Positions 9,356 to 25,675 of a stretch of 64,000 nt of DNA are shown here, in pieces. Positions within the stretch are counted from its first letter, which is position 1, and each line of letters begins with the position of its first letter. The translations under genes were made by a program, and so were the position numbers. Below the pieces are notes generated by a model. That model was given only the letters and a program-made list of their open reading frames with translations, was not told the DNA's origin and searched no databases. The DNA comes from Terrimicrobiaceae bacterium (GTDB lineage: Bacteria > Verrucomicrobiota > Verrucomicrobiia > Chthoniobacterales > Terrimicrobiaceae): NCBI GenBank assembly GCA_041752695.1, contig JBGSVZ010000092.1:96001-160000 (forward strand). The letters run 5' to 3'.

Positions 9356-10336
9356 CTATTGGTAAAAGGCGCGGAGAAAATCCGGGTCGCGAAAACCGGG
9401 AGAATTGCCCAGGCGCACGATGATTTGGTTTCGGGAGGGAACGATGTAAACCCTCTGTCCGCGGGATCCAACCATGGCCACAAGGTCGGGAGGGGCCCTG
9501 CGGGAAAGGCAGGATTGCGCCCAGTCTTTGCGTCCGAGCGAGCCTGCGATTGCCTCCTCGACATTGCGTTCGACGGCGGAGGGTTTGCGGCAATTTTGGT
9601 TGAGCCAGAAGCCCAGGCCGTACATCGAATTGGCGGGAGAGCCGGTGGTGGCTTCGTTGATCAACCGTGAGGGAATGATCGGAAAAATTGCCGCCCAGCC
9701 GTTGCGTCGCACGACGTGGCCGAGGTCCAGAAGCTGGCGGGCATTTAGATGAGCGCCGGCGGAAAAGTACGGTCGTCCGTCCCCGTCACGGCGAAGGTTG
9801 GTCGGTCTCACGGAGGTGAACGGCAAGTTCAACCAGGACGCGGCGGGCGGAGCTTTTCGAGCCAGCAAGGCAGCGAGAACTTCGTAGTGGGATGGGCCGT
9901 AGGCAAAGACCTCGCCCGGGGAGGAGACTGCCGGGAGGCCAAGGGCAATTGCGTCCTTGTCGCGAACCCCTCGCGCATAAAGTTTTTCGTATCCGGGGCT
10001 CAGTCCGGACGTTTGCGCCAGCAGGTGCCGAACCGTGATTTGGCGTTTGCGGGGGTCGGATTTCCAGGCTGTGACCGTGTCGGAGACGGGGTCGTCAAGG
10101 CGGAGGACGCCGCGCCCCACAGCGTGCAGGAGGCTGAGGGCGGCGAGGCTTTTGGTGATGCTGAAGAGGTTGGCTTCCGCTCCGGCATTTGCCTGACGGT
10201 GAAAAATGAGTCGTCCCTCCTGCCAGACGAGGAGAGCACGTTCGCCCCTTTGCTGCGAGTACCGGGCGGCTTCGGGAAGCCCGGCGTGGGAGCAGGGGAC
10301 CGCGAAAACGAGCGCGAGAGCGACCGGGAGAATCAA
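9356..10336 (-). CDS. Serine hydrolase (beta-lactamase/AmpC-like family), exported
   Basis: Signal peptide; SxxK motif FSITKS; ITVRHLLAQTSGL; PGEVFAY; YGLGFW; GSRGQ. Confidence 0.88.
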   Translation of the reverse strand: MILPVALALVFAVPCSHAGLPEAARYSQQRGERALLVWQEGRLIFHRQANAGAEANLFSITKSLAALSLLHAVGRGVLRLDDPVSDTVTAWKSDPRKRQITVRHLLAQTSGLSPGYEKLYARGVRDKDAIALGLPAVSSPGEVFAYGPSHYEVLAALLARKAPPAASWLNLPFTSVRPTNLRRDGDGRPYFSAGAHLNARQLLDLGHVVRRNGWAAIFPIIPSRLINEATTGSPANSMYGLGFWLNQNCRKPSAVERNVEEAIAGSLGRKDWAQSCLSRRAPPDLVAMVGSRGQRVYIVPSRNQIIVRLGNSPGFRDPDFLRAFYQ

Positions 10337-12522
10337 TGGAGCGGCGGAAGGCTCGCGCGGGGGGCCATATTTGTCTCCGCCTGCGTGGATCGGCTCAAGG
10401 CCTCACGAGTGCGTCGATACGTGGCGGAGTCTTTCCAGACGCCCCAGTTAGCGGTATACGACGTGTCGCAATGGAGGCAGTCCACGCGGGGGTCCAGGCC
10501 GGGCAGCCAGGTATTTTCCCGGGAACAGGCGGGGCAGAAACTGACAAAGGCCGCGCACCGCTCAATTGCGGTGAGGAGTGATTTGTCCTGCGGCACATCC
10601 ACGTCGCGGGGTTCGAGTTGAAGGTCCAAACTCTGCGCTACGCTGCAGCGTCCGAGGTAGCGGCGGCGGGTGTTTTCGTAAAGGGTTTCGACGCCGTGGG
10701 TATTGGCATATCGGCGGTCTTTGCGTTCGCAGTAGAGGTGAAACGCGAGGAGGATGGTGCGCATGGCTTCCATGCTGACGGGAATGCGGTCCTTGTCGCA
10801 AAGCTGCGTGAAAAGTGCGGCCAGTTCCAAGGGGCCGAAGCTGGTGAAAAACACGGTGTGCCGGAATGCGCGATCGAGCACGGCGCTTTGGCGCATGAGG
10901 CGGCGGAGTTCATCGCGCTCTCCGTCGATTACGACAATTTCCCCGGGAATGCCCACCAGTCGTTCGATCGCTTCGCGTGCCACGTCGTTTTCCGGGGCCG
11001 AACCGGTGGCTTCCCGGGCGCGCACAAAAACCACTCCAGGGTGGGGGGCATGGGCACCGTTGACATTGCTGAGGGAAAGTTCCTCCACATGAGGCGAGGG
11101 GAGAACGCCGAAGGCGTGCAGCCCCTCGGCCAGTAAGCGTGCGGCGGTGAGTTTTCCCGTGCCGGAGGGGCCCATGAAGACGCTGTGGTAGCTTTGGTTG
11201 GGAACAGGCAGCCCGCCGAGGCGGCGTTGCTGGCCGGCGTGGGCAAGCCGGAGGATGCGTTCGAGTTCGTTGCGCACCACGTCCTGACTGACGGATGTTT
11301 TCAACCTCTCCATCACCTCGGAGATCGTTGAGACCGGGGCTTTGGAAATTTCCGGCGCTGGAGCCTGCGGCAGTGAGTCCCGGGATTCGCAGGCTTCCAG
11401 AATCAATTGGAGAGAGTTTCCGACCGCGGTGGGGGGCTCACCGACAAAAACGCAGTCGCGCAAAATCCCCTGACAGGCATTGGCGGCGAGGCCGGCGGAT
11501 TTTTTGGAAACCGCGGTGACCGAGCGGGCCGTGAGATGAGAGGAACGGGCATCAATTGCGGGCTCGTTGTTCGCGGAAAGACAAGAGTCGACAATTTCCA
11601 GGCGGGTCTGCTCAAGGGAAAGCGCGGAGGAGGGCGCCGGCTGGACGGTCAAGCGTCGGATGGCGGCGCTGCCACCGGTAAGTGCGATCTGGGCGCAGCG
11701 GGCGGTCGTCTGCCCGCTGACGGTACAGGTATTGAGGTGCAGCGGGGTGGACGAGGGGTCGTTGCCGGCAATGATGGCCGCCGTCTCGCTGGCGTGGAAA
11801 TGGGAGAACAGGATGCGGGCGTCCCCGCAGTTGCTCAAATACGCCGCGATGGTGTTTTTGGAAAACGTGGCTCCTTCACAGTAAACCACGGCATTTTCCG
11901 CAGAAAGTCCCGCTCCGGGATCCGATTCGTCCACGCTGAGGCAGCCTTCGAGACGCGAGTCGTAGATGGCCCCAGAACTGCCGGGAAGCAGCAAGACCCC
12001 GGTGCGACAGTTGGCGATGCGACTGGTATGGATTTCGATCGAGGCCTGGTGGTCTGCGCTCACGCCCTCCGAGGCGGATCCGGCCAGGCAGTTTCGTAGA
12101 TAAAGCTCGGCCCTGCCCTCGGGGGAGCCGGCATGGATCGCTCCCTGCACCGCGCAGTCGTCCAGGAGAAGAGCACCTTTGGCGACCTCGACAGCCCGAC
12201 CGCCGGACTCGCCTTGACAAATGATGCCCGAAAGAATGACCAGGCCTTCGGTGCGCACCTTGATGACCCCCAGGAAGCGGACGGGACCATTTTGCTGGCT
12301 CCGGAGTTCCACAGCCTTGGTGATCTCGAAAGCGGGGTAGTCCCCGGATGGGACGTGAATGACGTCACCCTTGGACGCACGACGCACCGCGGTCGCGAGG
12401 TTTTTGACACTAAAAATGCCACCCTCGGGGTCCACGACAACGTCGCGCCGACGCTCGGGAGAGATGTTGGTACGGAGAACTTCGTCAAGCTGGGAGGGAC
12501 GAAGCAGGGTTTTCATGGGCAT
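10333..12522 (-). CDS. Right-handed beta-helix protein with a degenerate CbbX/SpoVK-like AAA+ domain and C-terminal zinc ribbon
   Basis: [18 protein letters not shown] pectin-lyase-like start and repeats; [21 protein letters not shown]-terminal CPAC..CLHC. Start uncertain (12516-12555). Confidence 0.8.
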   Translation of the reverse strand: MPMKTLLRPSQLDEVLRTNISPERRRDVVVDPEGGIFSVKNLATAVRRASKGDVIHVPSGDYPAFEITKAVELRSQQNGPVRFLGVIKVRTEGLVILSGIICQGESGGRAVEVAKGALLLDDCAVQGAIHAGSPEGRAELYLRNCLAGSASEGVSADHQASIEIHTSRIANCRTGVLLLPGSSGAIYDSRLEGCLSVDESDPGAGLSAENAVVYCEGATFSKNTIAAYLSNCGDARILFSHFHASETAAIIAGNDPSSTPLHLNTCTVSGQTTARCAQIALTGGSAAIRRLTVQPAPSSALSLEQTRLEIVDSCLSANNEPAIDARSSHLTARSVTAVSKKSAGLAANACQGILRDCVFVGEPPTAVGNSLQLILEACESRDSLPQAPAPEISKAPVSTISEVMERLKTSVSQDVVRNELERILRLAHAGQQRRLGGLPVPNQSYHSVFMGPSGTGKLTAARLLAEGLHAFGVLPSPHVEELSLSNVNGAHAPHPGVVFVRAREATGSAPENDVAREAIERLVGIPGEIVVIDGERDELRRLMRQSAVLDRAFRHTVFFTSFGPLELAALFTQLCDKDRIPVSMEAMRTILLAFHLYCERKDRRYANTHGVETLYENTRRRYLGRCSVAQSLDLQLEPRDVDVPQDKSLLTAIERCAAFVSFCPACSRENTWLPGLDPRVDCLHCDTSYTANWGVWKDSATYRRTREALSRSTQAETNMAPRASLPPLH

Positions 12523-12642
12523 GCCATTATTTCGGAAATCACAGATATTGAACACGTTCTACCGAGATTGTCAGCCCCGCATTTCAAGGTTGCTTTTCCA
12601 TGGTCAGGGAGCCACCGTCAACTCTCAATAAATTACCGATCA

Positions 12643-13617
12643 ATGAGCGCCACCGTCTCCTCCTCCAGCCAGTTGAATCAACTAAAACAATTCACCACGG
12701 TCGTCGCCGACACGGGAGATTTCGAATCGATCCGGAAATATTCGCCGCAGGATGCGACGACCAATCCGACCCTGATATTCAAGGCCGTCCAGCAGGAGGA
12801 ATACAAGCCATTGCTCGCGCAGGCCATTGCGGACAACCGCGGCTCCTCCCTCAGTGGAGAGGTTTTGCAAAAAAAGATCATCGACGACCTTCTTGTGGCC
12901 TTTGGGTTGAAAATTCTCGACATCGTTCCCGGCCGCGTTTCCACCGAGGTGGATGCGCGTCTGTCCTTTGACGCTGAGGCCACCGTCGAGAAGGCCCGTT
13001 ATCTGATTAGCCTTTACGAGAAAGCCGGCGTGGCGCGTGAACGTGTTCTGATCAAAATCGCCTCCACATGGGAAGGGGCCCAGGCTGCGGCGGTTTGCGA
13101 AAAGGAAGGGATCCATTGCAATTTGACCCTGATGTTCTCCCTCGCTCAGGCGGTGGCCTGTGCCGAGGCCGGAGCGACTCTCATCTCGCCCTTCGTCGGC
13201 CGGATTTACGACTACTACAAATCCACGACGGGCAAGGAATATGTCGGGGCTGAGGACCCGGGTGTCCAGTCGGTGCAGAATATTTACGGATACTACAAGA
13301 AATTCGGCTACAAAACGCAGGTCATGGGCGCGAGTTTCCGCAACGTGGGAGAGATCCTGGAACTGGCCGGTTGCGACCTGCTGACCATTGGGCCGGAGTG
13401 GCTGGAGGCCTTGCAAAACAGCGACGCGGTGGTCGAGCGCAAGCTCAGCCCGGAAATTGCCCGGGCTTCCGAAATCGAACGCATCGTGCACAGCGAAAAA
13501 GTCTTCCGCTGGCTCCTCAATGAAGACGCGATGGCGACCGACAAGCTGGCCGACGGTATCCGGAAATTTGCGGCCGACATTGTGAAGCTGGAAGGCATCA
13601 TCGCGAAAGCGCTTTAG
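12643..13617 (+). CDS. tal: Transaldolase
   Basis: [41 protein letters not shown] and LISPFVGRI; true start ATG 12643. Confidence 0.97.
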   Translation: MSATVSSSSQLNQLKQFTTVVADTGDFESIRKYSPQDATTNPTLIFKAVQQEEYKPLLAQAIADNRGSSLSGEVLQKKIIDDLLVAFGLKILDIVPGRVSTEVDARLSFDAEATVEKARYLISLYEKAGVARERVLIKIASTWEGAQAAAVCEKEGIHCNLTLMFSLAQAVACAEAGATLISPFVGRIYDYYKSTTGKEYVGAEDPGVQSVQNIYGYYKKFGYKTQVMGASFRNVGEILELAGCDLLTIGPEWLEALQNSDAVVERKLSPEIARASEIERIVHSEKVFRWLLNEDAMATDKLADGIRKFAADIVKLEGIIAKAL

Positions 13618-13620
13618 AAC

Positions 13621-14241
13621 ATGGGACGCGTTTTTCTTTCTTTGCTCGCTTGCGTTGTCGCGGCGGGTTCCCTCTCGGCCGCCATCGTGCCATCTGATCA
13701 TCCGGGGGCCGTGCCGATTTTGTTGGGGCTCGACAAAGTGCGGGTGGCATTGAAGGTGGATTCTTTGCAACGGGCGGTGCTGGACTCTATCCGGTCGGAA
13801 TACAAATCCGCCGCCCGCAAGCTGACCAACCCCATGCCGGCAACGCCGGCAGAGCGGGTGGCGGCGGAGAAGAATCTGGTCGCTCTCAATGAGCGTTACA
13901 ACCAACGTGCTCTTTCGGTGCTCAACGACACGCAAAAAAAACGCTTTGTCCAGATCGAGCACCAAGTGGCGGGCGCCAGCATGCTTTATGCGCCGAAGGT
14001 CCAGGCGAAAGTCGGCCTCACGGCCGAACAAAAAAAACAGGTGATGGGGGTCCATGCTGCGGAAAAAGCATACGTTGCCAAGATTAACGGTCAGTTTGAG
14101 GCGGGGAAAATCAGCTATCACGAGCGTCTCGAACTCCTGCGCAGCCGCCGGCTTTCCCAGGGGGCTTCCTTGCTGAAGTTGCTGACGCCGGAGCAGCGGG
14201 AGGCGTTTCTAGCCTTGGGCGGAGAAAAATTTGCCCTCTAG
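13621..14241 (+). CDS. Hypothetical exported helical protein (Spy/CpxP-like LTxEQ motifs)
   Basis: Signal peptide; LNDTQKK, LTAEQKK and LLTPEQR repeats. Confidence 0.75.
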   Translation: MGRVFLSLLACVVAAGSLSAAIVPSDHPGAVPILLGLDKVRVALKVDSLQRAVLDSIRSEYKSAARKLTNPMPATPAERVAAEKNLVALNERYNQRALSVLNDTQKKRFVQIEHQVAGASMLYAPKVQAKVGLTAEQKKQVMGVHAAEKAYVAKINGQFEAGKISYHERLELLRSRRLSQGASLLKLLTPEQREAFLALGGEKFAL

Positions 14242-14385
14242 GACGGTCTCTGGCTGCGGCCAATGCCAGTCTGGCGGTCCAAGGCGACTTCCCCTCGGGA
14301 GCACTTCGAAATTCTTGTGGGAAAAATTTTCCCGCGTACATTGCAGGTTTTCCCGGCCGCAGGCCCAAATGAGTTTTAACGGAAT

Positions 14386-15255
14386 ATGAAGATCTATCTC
14401 GACGGAGAGTTTTACGATAAAGAGAACGCCAAAATTTCGGTGTTCGATCACGGTTTGTTGTACGGCGACGGCGTGTTCGAAGGCATCCGGTTCTACGGGG
14501 GCCGGGTTTTCCGGTTGGAAGAGCACATGAACCGGCTTTACGATTCCGCCAAGGCGATTTGCCTCACTGTTTCGCTGGACAAAGCGACTCTTACGGAGGC
14601 GGTTCTGGAGACGATTCGGCAAAATGATCTGCAGGACGGCTATGTTCGTCTGGTGGTCACCCGCGGCAGCGGCGATCTGGGCCTGAATCCGGCTCTTTGT
14701 CCGAAAGCAACCGTGTTTGTCATTGCCTCGAAGATCACCCTTTATCCCGAGGAAATGTATCGCAACGGCCTCGTGGTCGCGACCTGCGCCACCCGCCGAA
14801 TTGCGCATGGGGCCCTTAGCCCGATGGTGAAGTCGCTCAATTATTTGAACAACGTGATGGCCAAGATCGAAGCCCAGCAGGCTGGAGCGGGCGAAGGCTT
14901 GATGTTGAATGAGCAGGGCTACGTGGCCGAATGCACGGGCGACAATATTTTCATCGTCAAGAACGGGAAACTTTTCACCCCGCCAATTTCCTCGGGTGCC
15001 CTCGCTGGTGTGACCCGGGCCGTTGTTTTTGAAATGGCTGCGGAGTTCGGGATTCCGATCAGCGAGCCGGAGATGACCCGCTACGACATCTACACGGCAG
15101 ACGAGTGTTTTCTCACCGGCACCGCTGCCGAAGTGATCCCCGCGGTAAAGCTGGACAACCGGCTGATTGGCGACGGCAAGCCCGGGCCGTTGACCGCCCG
15201 CTTAATTGCGCGGTTCCATGAGTTGACAGCGACGACAGGCACGGCGATTTATTGA
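14386..15255 (+). CDS. ilvE: Branched-chain amino acid aminotransferase
   Basis: DHGLLYGDGVFEGIR, VKSLNYLNN, ECTGDNIF and ADECFLTGTAAEVIP. Confidence 0.96.
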   Translation: MKIYLDGEFYDKENAKISVFDHGLLYGDGVFEGIRFYGGRVFRLEEHMNRLYDSAKAICLTVSLDKATLTEAVLETIRQNDLQDGYVRLVVTRGSGDLGLNPALCPKATVFVIASKITLYPEEMYRNGLVVATCATRRIAHGALSPMVKSLNYLNNVMAKIEAQQAGAGEGLMLNEQGYVAECTGDNIFIVKNGKLFTPPISSGALAGVTRAVVFEMAAEFGIPISEPEMTRYDIYTADECFLTGTAAEVIPAVKLDNRLIGDGKPGPLTARLIARFHELTATTGTAIY

Positions 15256-15257
15256 AT

Positions 15258-15743
15258 ATGCAATGTGATGTCTGCCACGAGAAGGAAGCCACGGTTTTCC
15301 TGACCCAAATCGTGGGCGGCAAGATGCAGAAGGTCAATATGTGTGAGTCCTGCTCGAAGGAGAAGGGAGTGAATGATCCCACCGGCTTCGAGCTGGCGGA
15401 TCTCCTTCTTGGCATGGGGGCGGCTCAGGATATCGAGCGGCTGCCGGATCATTCGAAATGTCCGGTCTGCGGGTTTACCCAGTCGGATTTCAAAAAAACC
15501 GGTCGTCTCGGGTGCAGTGCCTGTTACGAAGTTTTTACCGAGGGCCTCGAAAGCATGCTCAAAAACATGCACAAAGGCTCCGAGCACGTCGGCAAGGCTC
15601 CCGCCATTTTTCTGAAGACCCGCCATCAAAGCGCCCATATCAAATCGCTGCAAACCAACCTCGAAAGCGCGGTCGCCGCGGAGGAATATGAGCGGGCGGC
15701 CGATCTGCGCGATCAAATCCGCCGGATGGAGACGGGCGCATGA
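15258..15743 (+). CDS. mcsA: McsA (CxxC motifs plus UvrB/C domain), activator of the arginine kinase
   Basis: Four CxxC motifs, GRLGCSACY and AVAAEEYERAADLRDQI; directly upstream of mcsB. Confidence 0.93.
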   Translation: MQCDVCHEKEATVFLTQIVGGKMQKVNMCESCSKEKGVNDPTGFELADLLLGMGAAQDIERLPDHSKCPVCGFTQSDFKKTGRLGCSACYEVFTEGLESMLKNMHKGSEHVGKAPAIFLKTRHQSAHIKSLQTNLESAVAAEEYERAADLRDQIRRMETGA

Positions 15744-16855
15744 AACTTTCCAAAGTCATTTCCAACAGTTGTGAGTGGCTGAGCGGCGACGGCCCGCACC
15801 GTCAGATCGTGGTCAGCAGCCGCGTCCGACTGGCGCGCAATCTCACGAATAAGCCCTTCCCGGGCTGGGCCAAAAAAGCCGAACGTCTGGATGTCCTCAA
15901 ATCCGTCAAGGGTGCGGTGGAAGCTCTCCCGGAGATGGCCGACGCTTTTTCCGAAAATCTCGAAGCCCTGTCGCCCTTGGAGAAGCAGGTTTTGGTGGAA
16001 CGCCATCTTATCAGCCGCGAACACGCCGCCAAAGTGGTTGGCAGTGCCGTGGTGATGAACGGCACGCAGACGCTCAGTTTTATGGTGAACGAGGAGGATC
16101 ACCTCCGCATGCAGGCCATTTGCTGTGGGTTGCAGCTGGAAAAGGTGTTCGCCATGATCAATCAGGCGGATACCGAACTGGAACCGCTGCTGGAATTTGC
16201 CTTTCACCCCCGCTTGGGATATCTCACGGCCTGCCCGACGAACGTCGGCACCGGGATGCGCGCCTCCGCCATGCTGCATCTGCCCGGACTGGTGCTCGGC
16301 GAACAGATGAACAAAATCATCAATTCGGTGAACAAAATCGGCCTGGCCGTTCGCGGCTTGCACGGGGAGGGGACCGAGGCCATGGGCAATCTTTTCCAGG
16401 TTTCCAATCAGACCACCCTGGGCGAAACCGAGGAAACCATCATTGAACGCCTGAACAAGGTGATCGAGCAGATCATCGAACACGAGCACAACGCCCGCCG
16501 CACACTTTTGCAGCGCAAACCCATCACCCTGCTGGACCAGATCGGTCGGGCTTATGGCGTGCTCAATCACGCGCATTCGATCAATTCCAAGGAAGCGCTC
16601 AACCTCCTCTCCGCCATCAAGTTGGGAGTGGATCTCGGCCTTTTCGCGCCGGAACACCGTTTCCCGGTCGACGAGTTGTTTATCGAGACCCAGCCCGCGC
16701 ACTTGCAGAAGGGCGCGCAGACGCAAAAAATGACCGCAGATGAAAGGGACACCTTGCGCGCTGCCCTGATTCGCGCCAAACTTAAGAAAGTTCCTGAACC
16801 GGATATCGCGAAAATCGCCAGTCCTGCCTCAGGATCTCCAGAAAATGATGAATAA
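15740..16855 (+). CDS. mcsB: Protein-arginine kinase McsB
   Basis: SSRVRLARN, NEEDHLRMQ, GYLTACPTNVGTGMRAS and FQVSNQTTLG. Confidence 0.96.
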   Translation: MKLSKVISNSCEWLSGDGPHRQIVVSSRVRLARNLTNKPFPGWAKKAERLDVLKSVKGAVEALPEMADAFSENLEALSPLEKQVLVERHLISREHAAKVVGSAVVMNGTQTLSFMVNEEDHLRMQAICCGLQLEKVFAMINQADTELEPLLEFAFHPRLGYLTACPTNVGTGMRASAMLHLPGLVLGEQMNKIINSVNKIGLAVRGLHGEGTEAMGNLFQVSNQTTLGETEETIIERLNKVIEQIIEHEHNARRTLLQRKPITLLDQIGRAYGVLNHAHSINSKEALNLLSAIKLGVDLGLFAPEHRFPVDELFIETQPAHLQKGAQTQKMTADERDTLRAALIRAKLKKVPEPDIAKIASPASGSPENDE

Positions 16856-19325
16856 CTTCACACCTCGCGCGCAGCAAGTTCTGGCCCTGGCCCGCAAGGA
16901 GGCCGACCGTTTCAACCACAATTACGTGGGAACCGAGCACCTCCTTCTTGGCCTCATCAAGCTGGGACAAGGCGTCGCGGTCAACGTGTTGCAGAAAATG
17001 GGCCTGGACCTCGAAACCGTCCGCATGGAAGTCGAGAAACAGGTGGGTTCCGGACCGGAGACAAAGATGGTCGGGAACATCCCCTACACACCAAGGGTAA
17101 AGAAAGTGCTGGCCCTGGCCGGCAAGGAAGCCAAGGCGCTTCAGCATTCCTACGTTGGCACCGAGCACATTTTGCTCGGCCTGCTTCGTGAAGGCGAAGG
17201 CGTTGCTGCCCGCGTTCTGAAAAGCCTCGAAGTGGACATCGAACGCACCCGCAACGAGATCCTCAAGGAACTCGACCCCAATTTTGCCCCGCAGGAAGAA
17301 GGCGAAGGCGTACCCACCGAAGTTGGCGGGAAAAAAGACACCAAGACTCCGGCTCTCCGCGCCTTTGGCCGCGATCTCACCGAGATGGCCAAGAAGTCGG
17401 AACTCGATCCCGTCATTGGCCGGGCGGAGGAAATCGAGCGGGTCATCCAGATTCTTTGCCGCCGCACGAAAAACAATCCTGTCCTCATTGGTGAAGCCGG
17501 TGTGGGTAAGACGGCGATCGCCGAAGGCCTCGCCCAGGAAATTGTAGCTGGCAACGTGCCGGAACTCCTGGTCGACAAAAAAGTCATCACGCTCGACCTC
17601 GCCCTCATGGTGGCCGGCACAAAATATCGCGGGCAGTTTGAGGAACGCATTAAGGCTGTAATGGACGAAATCCGTCGCACTAAGAACGTCCTCCTTTTCA
17701 TCGACGAACTTCACACCATCGTCGGCGCAGGTTCCGCCGAGGGTGCCATGGACGCGTCGAACATCATCAAGCCCGCCCTGTCCCGCGGCGAGCTGCAGTG
17801 CATCGGTGCGACCACGCTCAACGAGTATCGCAAATACATCGAGAAGGACGCCGCCCTCGAGCGTCGCTTTCAGACCGTCAAAGTCGAGGCCCCAAGCGTG
17901 GAGCAAACGATCCAAATCCTGAAGGGGATTCGTCCGAAATACGAAGCGCACCACAAGGCGCGGATTCTCGATGAAGCCATTGAGGCTGCTGCGAAACTGT
18001 CAGACCGCTACCTCACCGGGCGTTTTCTGCCGGACAAAGCCATCGACGTGATGGACGAAGCCGGTTCCCGCGCGCGCATCGCCGCGATGACCCGCCCGCC
18101 CAACGTCAAGGACATCGAGGCCGACATCGAGAGGATACGCGGAGAAAAGGAAGCCGCCATCAAGGCGCAGGATTTCGAAAAAGCCGCCGCCCTCCGCGAC
18201 AGCGAGAAGCAGGCCAAGGACCGCCTCGACGCGATCCTCTCCGAATGGCGCGTGAGCAAGGGCGAAAAGGAAGTCGTCGTTTCCGTGGACGAAATCATGC
18301 ACGTCCTCTCCAAGTGGACCGGCGTGCCACTTTCGCGCATGGAACAGAAGGAAACCGCCAAACTCCTCGCCATGGAAAGCGAACTCAAAGGCAAGGTGAT
18401 CGGCCAGGACGAAGCCGTCATCGCGATCAGCAAGGCCTTGCGCCGCTCCCGTGCGGATCTCAAGGATCCCCGGCGTCCGATTGGCTCTTTCGTTTTCCTC
18501 GGCCCGACGGGCGTGGGCAAAACGTTCCTGGCTCGCACCCTGGCCGAGTTCATGTTCGGCGACGCCGACGCGCTCATCCAGATCGACATGTCTGAGTACA
18601 TGGAAAAATTCACCGCCTCCCGCCTCATCGGCTCGCCTCCGGGCTACGTCGGTTACGAGGAAGGCGGACAGCTCTCGGAAGCGGTGCGCCGCCGGCCCTA
18701 CTCCGTGGTCCTGTTCGACGAAATTGAAAATGCTCACCCCGACGTGATGCACCTTCTCCTCCAAATTCTGGAAGAGGGCAAAATCACCGACTCGTTGGCC
18801 CGCAAGATCGATTTCCGCAATACGATCATCATCATGACGTCCAACGTCGGTGCGGAGCTGATCAAAAAACAGACCCAGCTTGGATTCGGAGCGCCCAAGC
18901 TCGACGACAACTACGATAACATGCGGGAGAAAATCCTCGATGAAACCAAACGTGTCTTCAAGCCGGAGTTCCTCAACCGTCTGGATGACATCATCGTCTT
19001 CCACACCCTGACGAAGCCCGACCTCGTGACGATCGTGAATCTCGAAGTTTCCAAGGTGGTGGATCGCATCAAGTTGAAAAACATCCATCTGGAGCTCGAC
19101 GAAACCGCCAAGGACTTCCTCATCGAGAAGGGTTACGACCCGCAATACGGCGCGCGTCCGATGCGCCGAGCGGTCGAGAAATATCTCGAAGACCCGATGG
19201 CCGAGGACATGCTCCGCGGCAACATCAAGCCCGGCGAAACCGTGCAGGTGAAGCGCGATGGCGAAAAACTTGCCTTCAGCCCCGCGACGCCGACTCCCGA
19301 GCCCAGCGAAGCTGCGGCGGGTTAG
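16845..19325 (+). CDS. clpC: ATP-dependent Clp protease ATP-binding subunit ClpC
   Basis: Two Clp_N repeats; GEAGVGKT and FIDELH; UVR middle domain; [17 protein letters not shown]. Confidence 0.97.
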   Translation: MMNNFTPRAQQVLALARKEADRFNHNYVGTEHLLLGLIKLGQGVAVNVLQKMGLDLETVRMEVEKQVGSGPETKMVGNIPYTPRVKKVLALAGKEAKALQHSYVGTEHILLGLLREGEGVAARVLKSLEVDIERTRNEILKELDPNFAPQEEGEGVPTEVGGKKDTKTPALRAFGRDLTEMAKKSELDPVIGRAEEIERVIQILCRRTKNNPVLIGEAGVGKTAIAEGLAQEIVAGNVPELLVDKKVITLDLALMVAGTKYRGQFEERIKAVMDEIRRTKNVLLFIDELHTIVGAGSAEGAMDASNIIKPALSRGELQCIGATTLNEYRKYIEKDAALERRFQTVKVEAPSVEQTIQILKGIRPKYEAHHKARILDEAIEAAAKLSDRYLTGRFLPDKAIDVMDEAGSRARIAAMTRPPNVKDIEADIERIRGEKEAAIKAQDFEKAAALRDSEKQAKDRLDAILSEWRVSKGEKEVVVSVDEIMHVLSKWTGVPLSRMEQKETAKLLAMESELKGKVIGQDEAVIAISKALRRSRADLKDPRRPIGSFVFLGPTGVGKTFLARTLAEFMFGDADALIQIDMSEYMEKFTASRLIGSPPGYVGYEEGGQLSEAVRRRPYSVVLFDEIENAHPDVMHLLLQILEEGKITDSLARKIDFRNTIIIMTSNVGAELIKKQTQLGFGAPKLDDNYDNMREKILDETKRVFKPEFLNRLDDIIVFHTLTKPDLVTIVNLEVSKVVDRIKLKNIHLELDETAKDFLIEKGYDPQYGARPMRRAVEKYLEDPMAEDMLRGNIKPGETVQVKRDGEKLAFSPATPTPEPSEAAAG

Positions 19326-19351
19326 GCGGACTTAGTCCTGAAACCTTTAAG

Positions 19352-19383
19352 CGGCCGGATGGGAGACCATCCGGCCGTTTTTT
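19352..19383 (+). terminator. Rho-independent terminator after clpC
   Basis: CGGCCGGATGG-gaga-CCATCCGGCCG perfect 11-bp stem followed by TTTTTT. Confidence 0.9.
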
Positions 19384-19464
19384 CGTTGGTGCACCGGCAT
19401 CTTGCCGCTTCCAGGCGCGGGCAAGCCGCTCCGCTAAGTAGGGGCGTGCCTTACGCGCGCCTTC

Positions 19465-20961
19465 TTACGGCAGCCGGGTGGAACCCATCAGGAAGCGGTC
19501 GCATTCCCTAGCAGCTCCGCGGCCTTCGTTGATGGCCCAAACGACGAGGGATTGGCCGCGGCGCATGTCGCCGGCGGCGAAGACGCCGGGGAGGTTGGTG
19601 ACGTATTTCTCGTGTTCGGCTTTCACGTTGCTGCGGGGGTCGGTTTCCAACTCGAATTGTTCGATGACGGTTTTTTCCGGCCCGAGGAATCCGAGGGCGA
19701 GCAAGGCGAGTTCGCAGGGAAGGGTGCGGGTGGTGCCTTCGACTTCCTGAGGCACAAAACGGCCCTGGGCATCTTTGCCCCATTGAATCTCGCAGATTTC
19801 CAAGCCGGAGAGGTTGCCGTCCGCATCCTTGAGGAAACGTTTGGTTTGCACCAGATAGTGGCGGGGGTCGCGGCCCTGGACGGCAGCGGCTTCTTCCTGG
19901 CCGTAGTCGAGTTTGTAAACCTTCGGCCACTCGGGCCACGGGTTGTTGGCGGCACGTTCCTTCGGAGGCTGAGGGAGGATTTCCAACTGGATGACGTTTT
20001 TGCAGCCGTGGCGCAAGCTGGTGCCCACGCAGTCTGTGCCGGTGTCGCCGCCGCCGATGACCACGACGTTTTTGCCGGTGGCGTTGAGGGCGGGGTTGGT
20101 GCCGTCGAATTTGTGGTCGAGCTGGTGGCGGGTGTTGGTGGTGAGAAATTCCATCGCGAGGTGGATGCCTTTCGCATCGCGATTTTCGATGGTGAGGTCG
20201 CGTCCGGCGGTGGCACCGCAACAGAGGACGACGGCGTCGAAATCCTTGCGTAGGCGCTTGGAGGTCCATTTGGCATCGGTGCCAATAGCCACGCCCGTGA
20301 GAAAAGTGACGCCTTCCGCGCGCATGAGATTGACTCGGCGGTCCACGATCTCCGTCTTGTCGAGTTTCATGTTGGGGATGCCATACATGAGCAGGCCACC
20401 GATGCGGTCGGCGCGTTCGAAGACGGTGACGGTGTGGCCGGCTTGATTGAGCTGGTCGGCGCAGGCCAGGCCGGCGGGACCGGAACCCACCACGGCTACG
20501 CGTTTTCCGGTGCGGTGTTTCGGCGGGTTAGGCTGGAGCCAGCCTTCCTCCCAGCCGCGGTCAATGATCGAGGCCTCGATGTCCTTGATCGTGACGGCGG
20601 GCTCGATAGAACCCAGCACACAGGAGCCCTCGCACGGGGCGGGGCAGACGCGGCCGGTGAACTCGGGGAAATTGTTCGTGCGGCGGAGGCGCTGCAGGGC
20701 TTCCTGCCAGCGGTTGCGGTAAACGAGGTCGTTAAATTCCGGGATGAGGTTGTTGATGGGACAACCGCTGGCCATGCCGGAAATCAGGATGCCGGTGTGG
20801 CAATACGGTGTGCCACAATCCATGCAACGCGAGGCCTGTTTGCCGACGGCGGCATCTTCGCGGTGTGCGTGAACTTCCTTCCAATCCTTCAGCCGCTCGA
20901 CCGGCGGTCGGTTTGGAATGGTTTTGCGTTCGACTTCGAGAAATCCGGTGGCTTTGCCCAT
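19465..20961 (-). CDS. gltD: Glutamate synthase small (beta) subunit
   Basis: [46 protein letters not shown] and GQSLVVWAI. Confidence 0.97.
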   Translation of the reverse strand: MGKATGFLEVERKTIPNRPPVERLKDWKEVHAHREDAAVGKQASRCMDCGTPYCHTGILISGMASGCPINNLIPEFNDLVYRNRWQEALQRLRRTNNFPEFTGRVCPAPCEGSCVLGSIEPAVTIKDIEASIIDRGWEEGWLQPNPPKHRTGKRVAVVGSGPAGLACADQLNQAGHTVTVFERADRIGGLLMYGIPNMKLDKTEIVDRRVNLMRAEGVTFLTGVAIGTDAKWTSKRLRKDFDAVVLCCGATAGRDLTIENRDAKGIHLAMEFLTTNTRHQLDHKFDGTNPALNATGKNVVVIGGGDTGTDCVGTSLRHGCKNVIQLEILPQPPKERAANNPWPEWPKVYKLDYGQEEAAAVQGRDPRHYLVQTKRFLKDADGNLSGLEICEIQWGKDAQGRFVPQEVEGTTRTLPCELALLALGFLGPEKTVIEQFELETDPRSNVKAEHEKYVTNLPGVFAAGDMRRGQSLVVWAINEGRGAARECDRFLMGSTRLP

Positions 20962-20989
20962 GGGAATTTAAAAAAATGGAAGGTTGGAA

Positions 20990-25675
<4,686 letters not shown>

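Noticed and set aside
12133..12642. N-terminal extension of transaldolase
   Set aside because: It overlaps the divergent beta-helix gene; homology starts at ATG 12643.
19388..19462. Degenerate REP-like sequence between the clpC terminator and gltD
   Set aside because: Pairing is too weak to support a call by eye.
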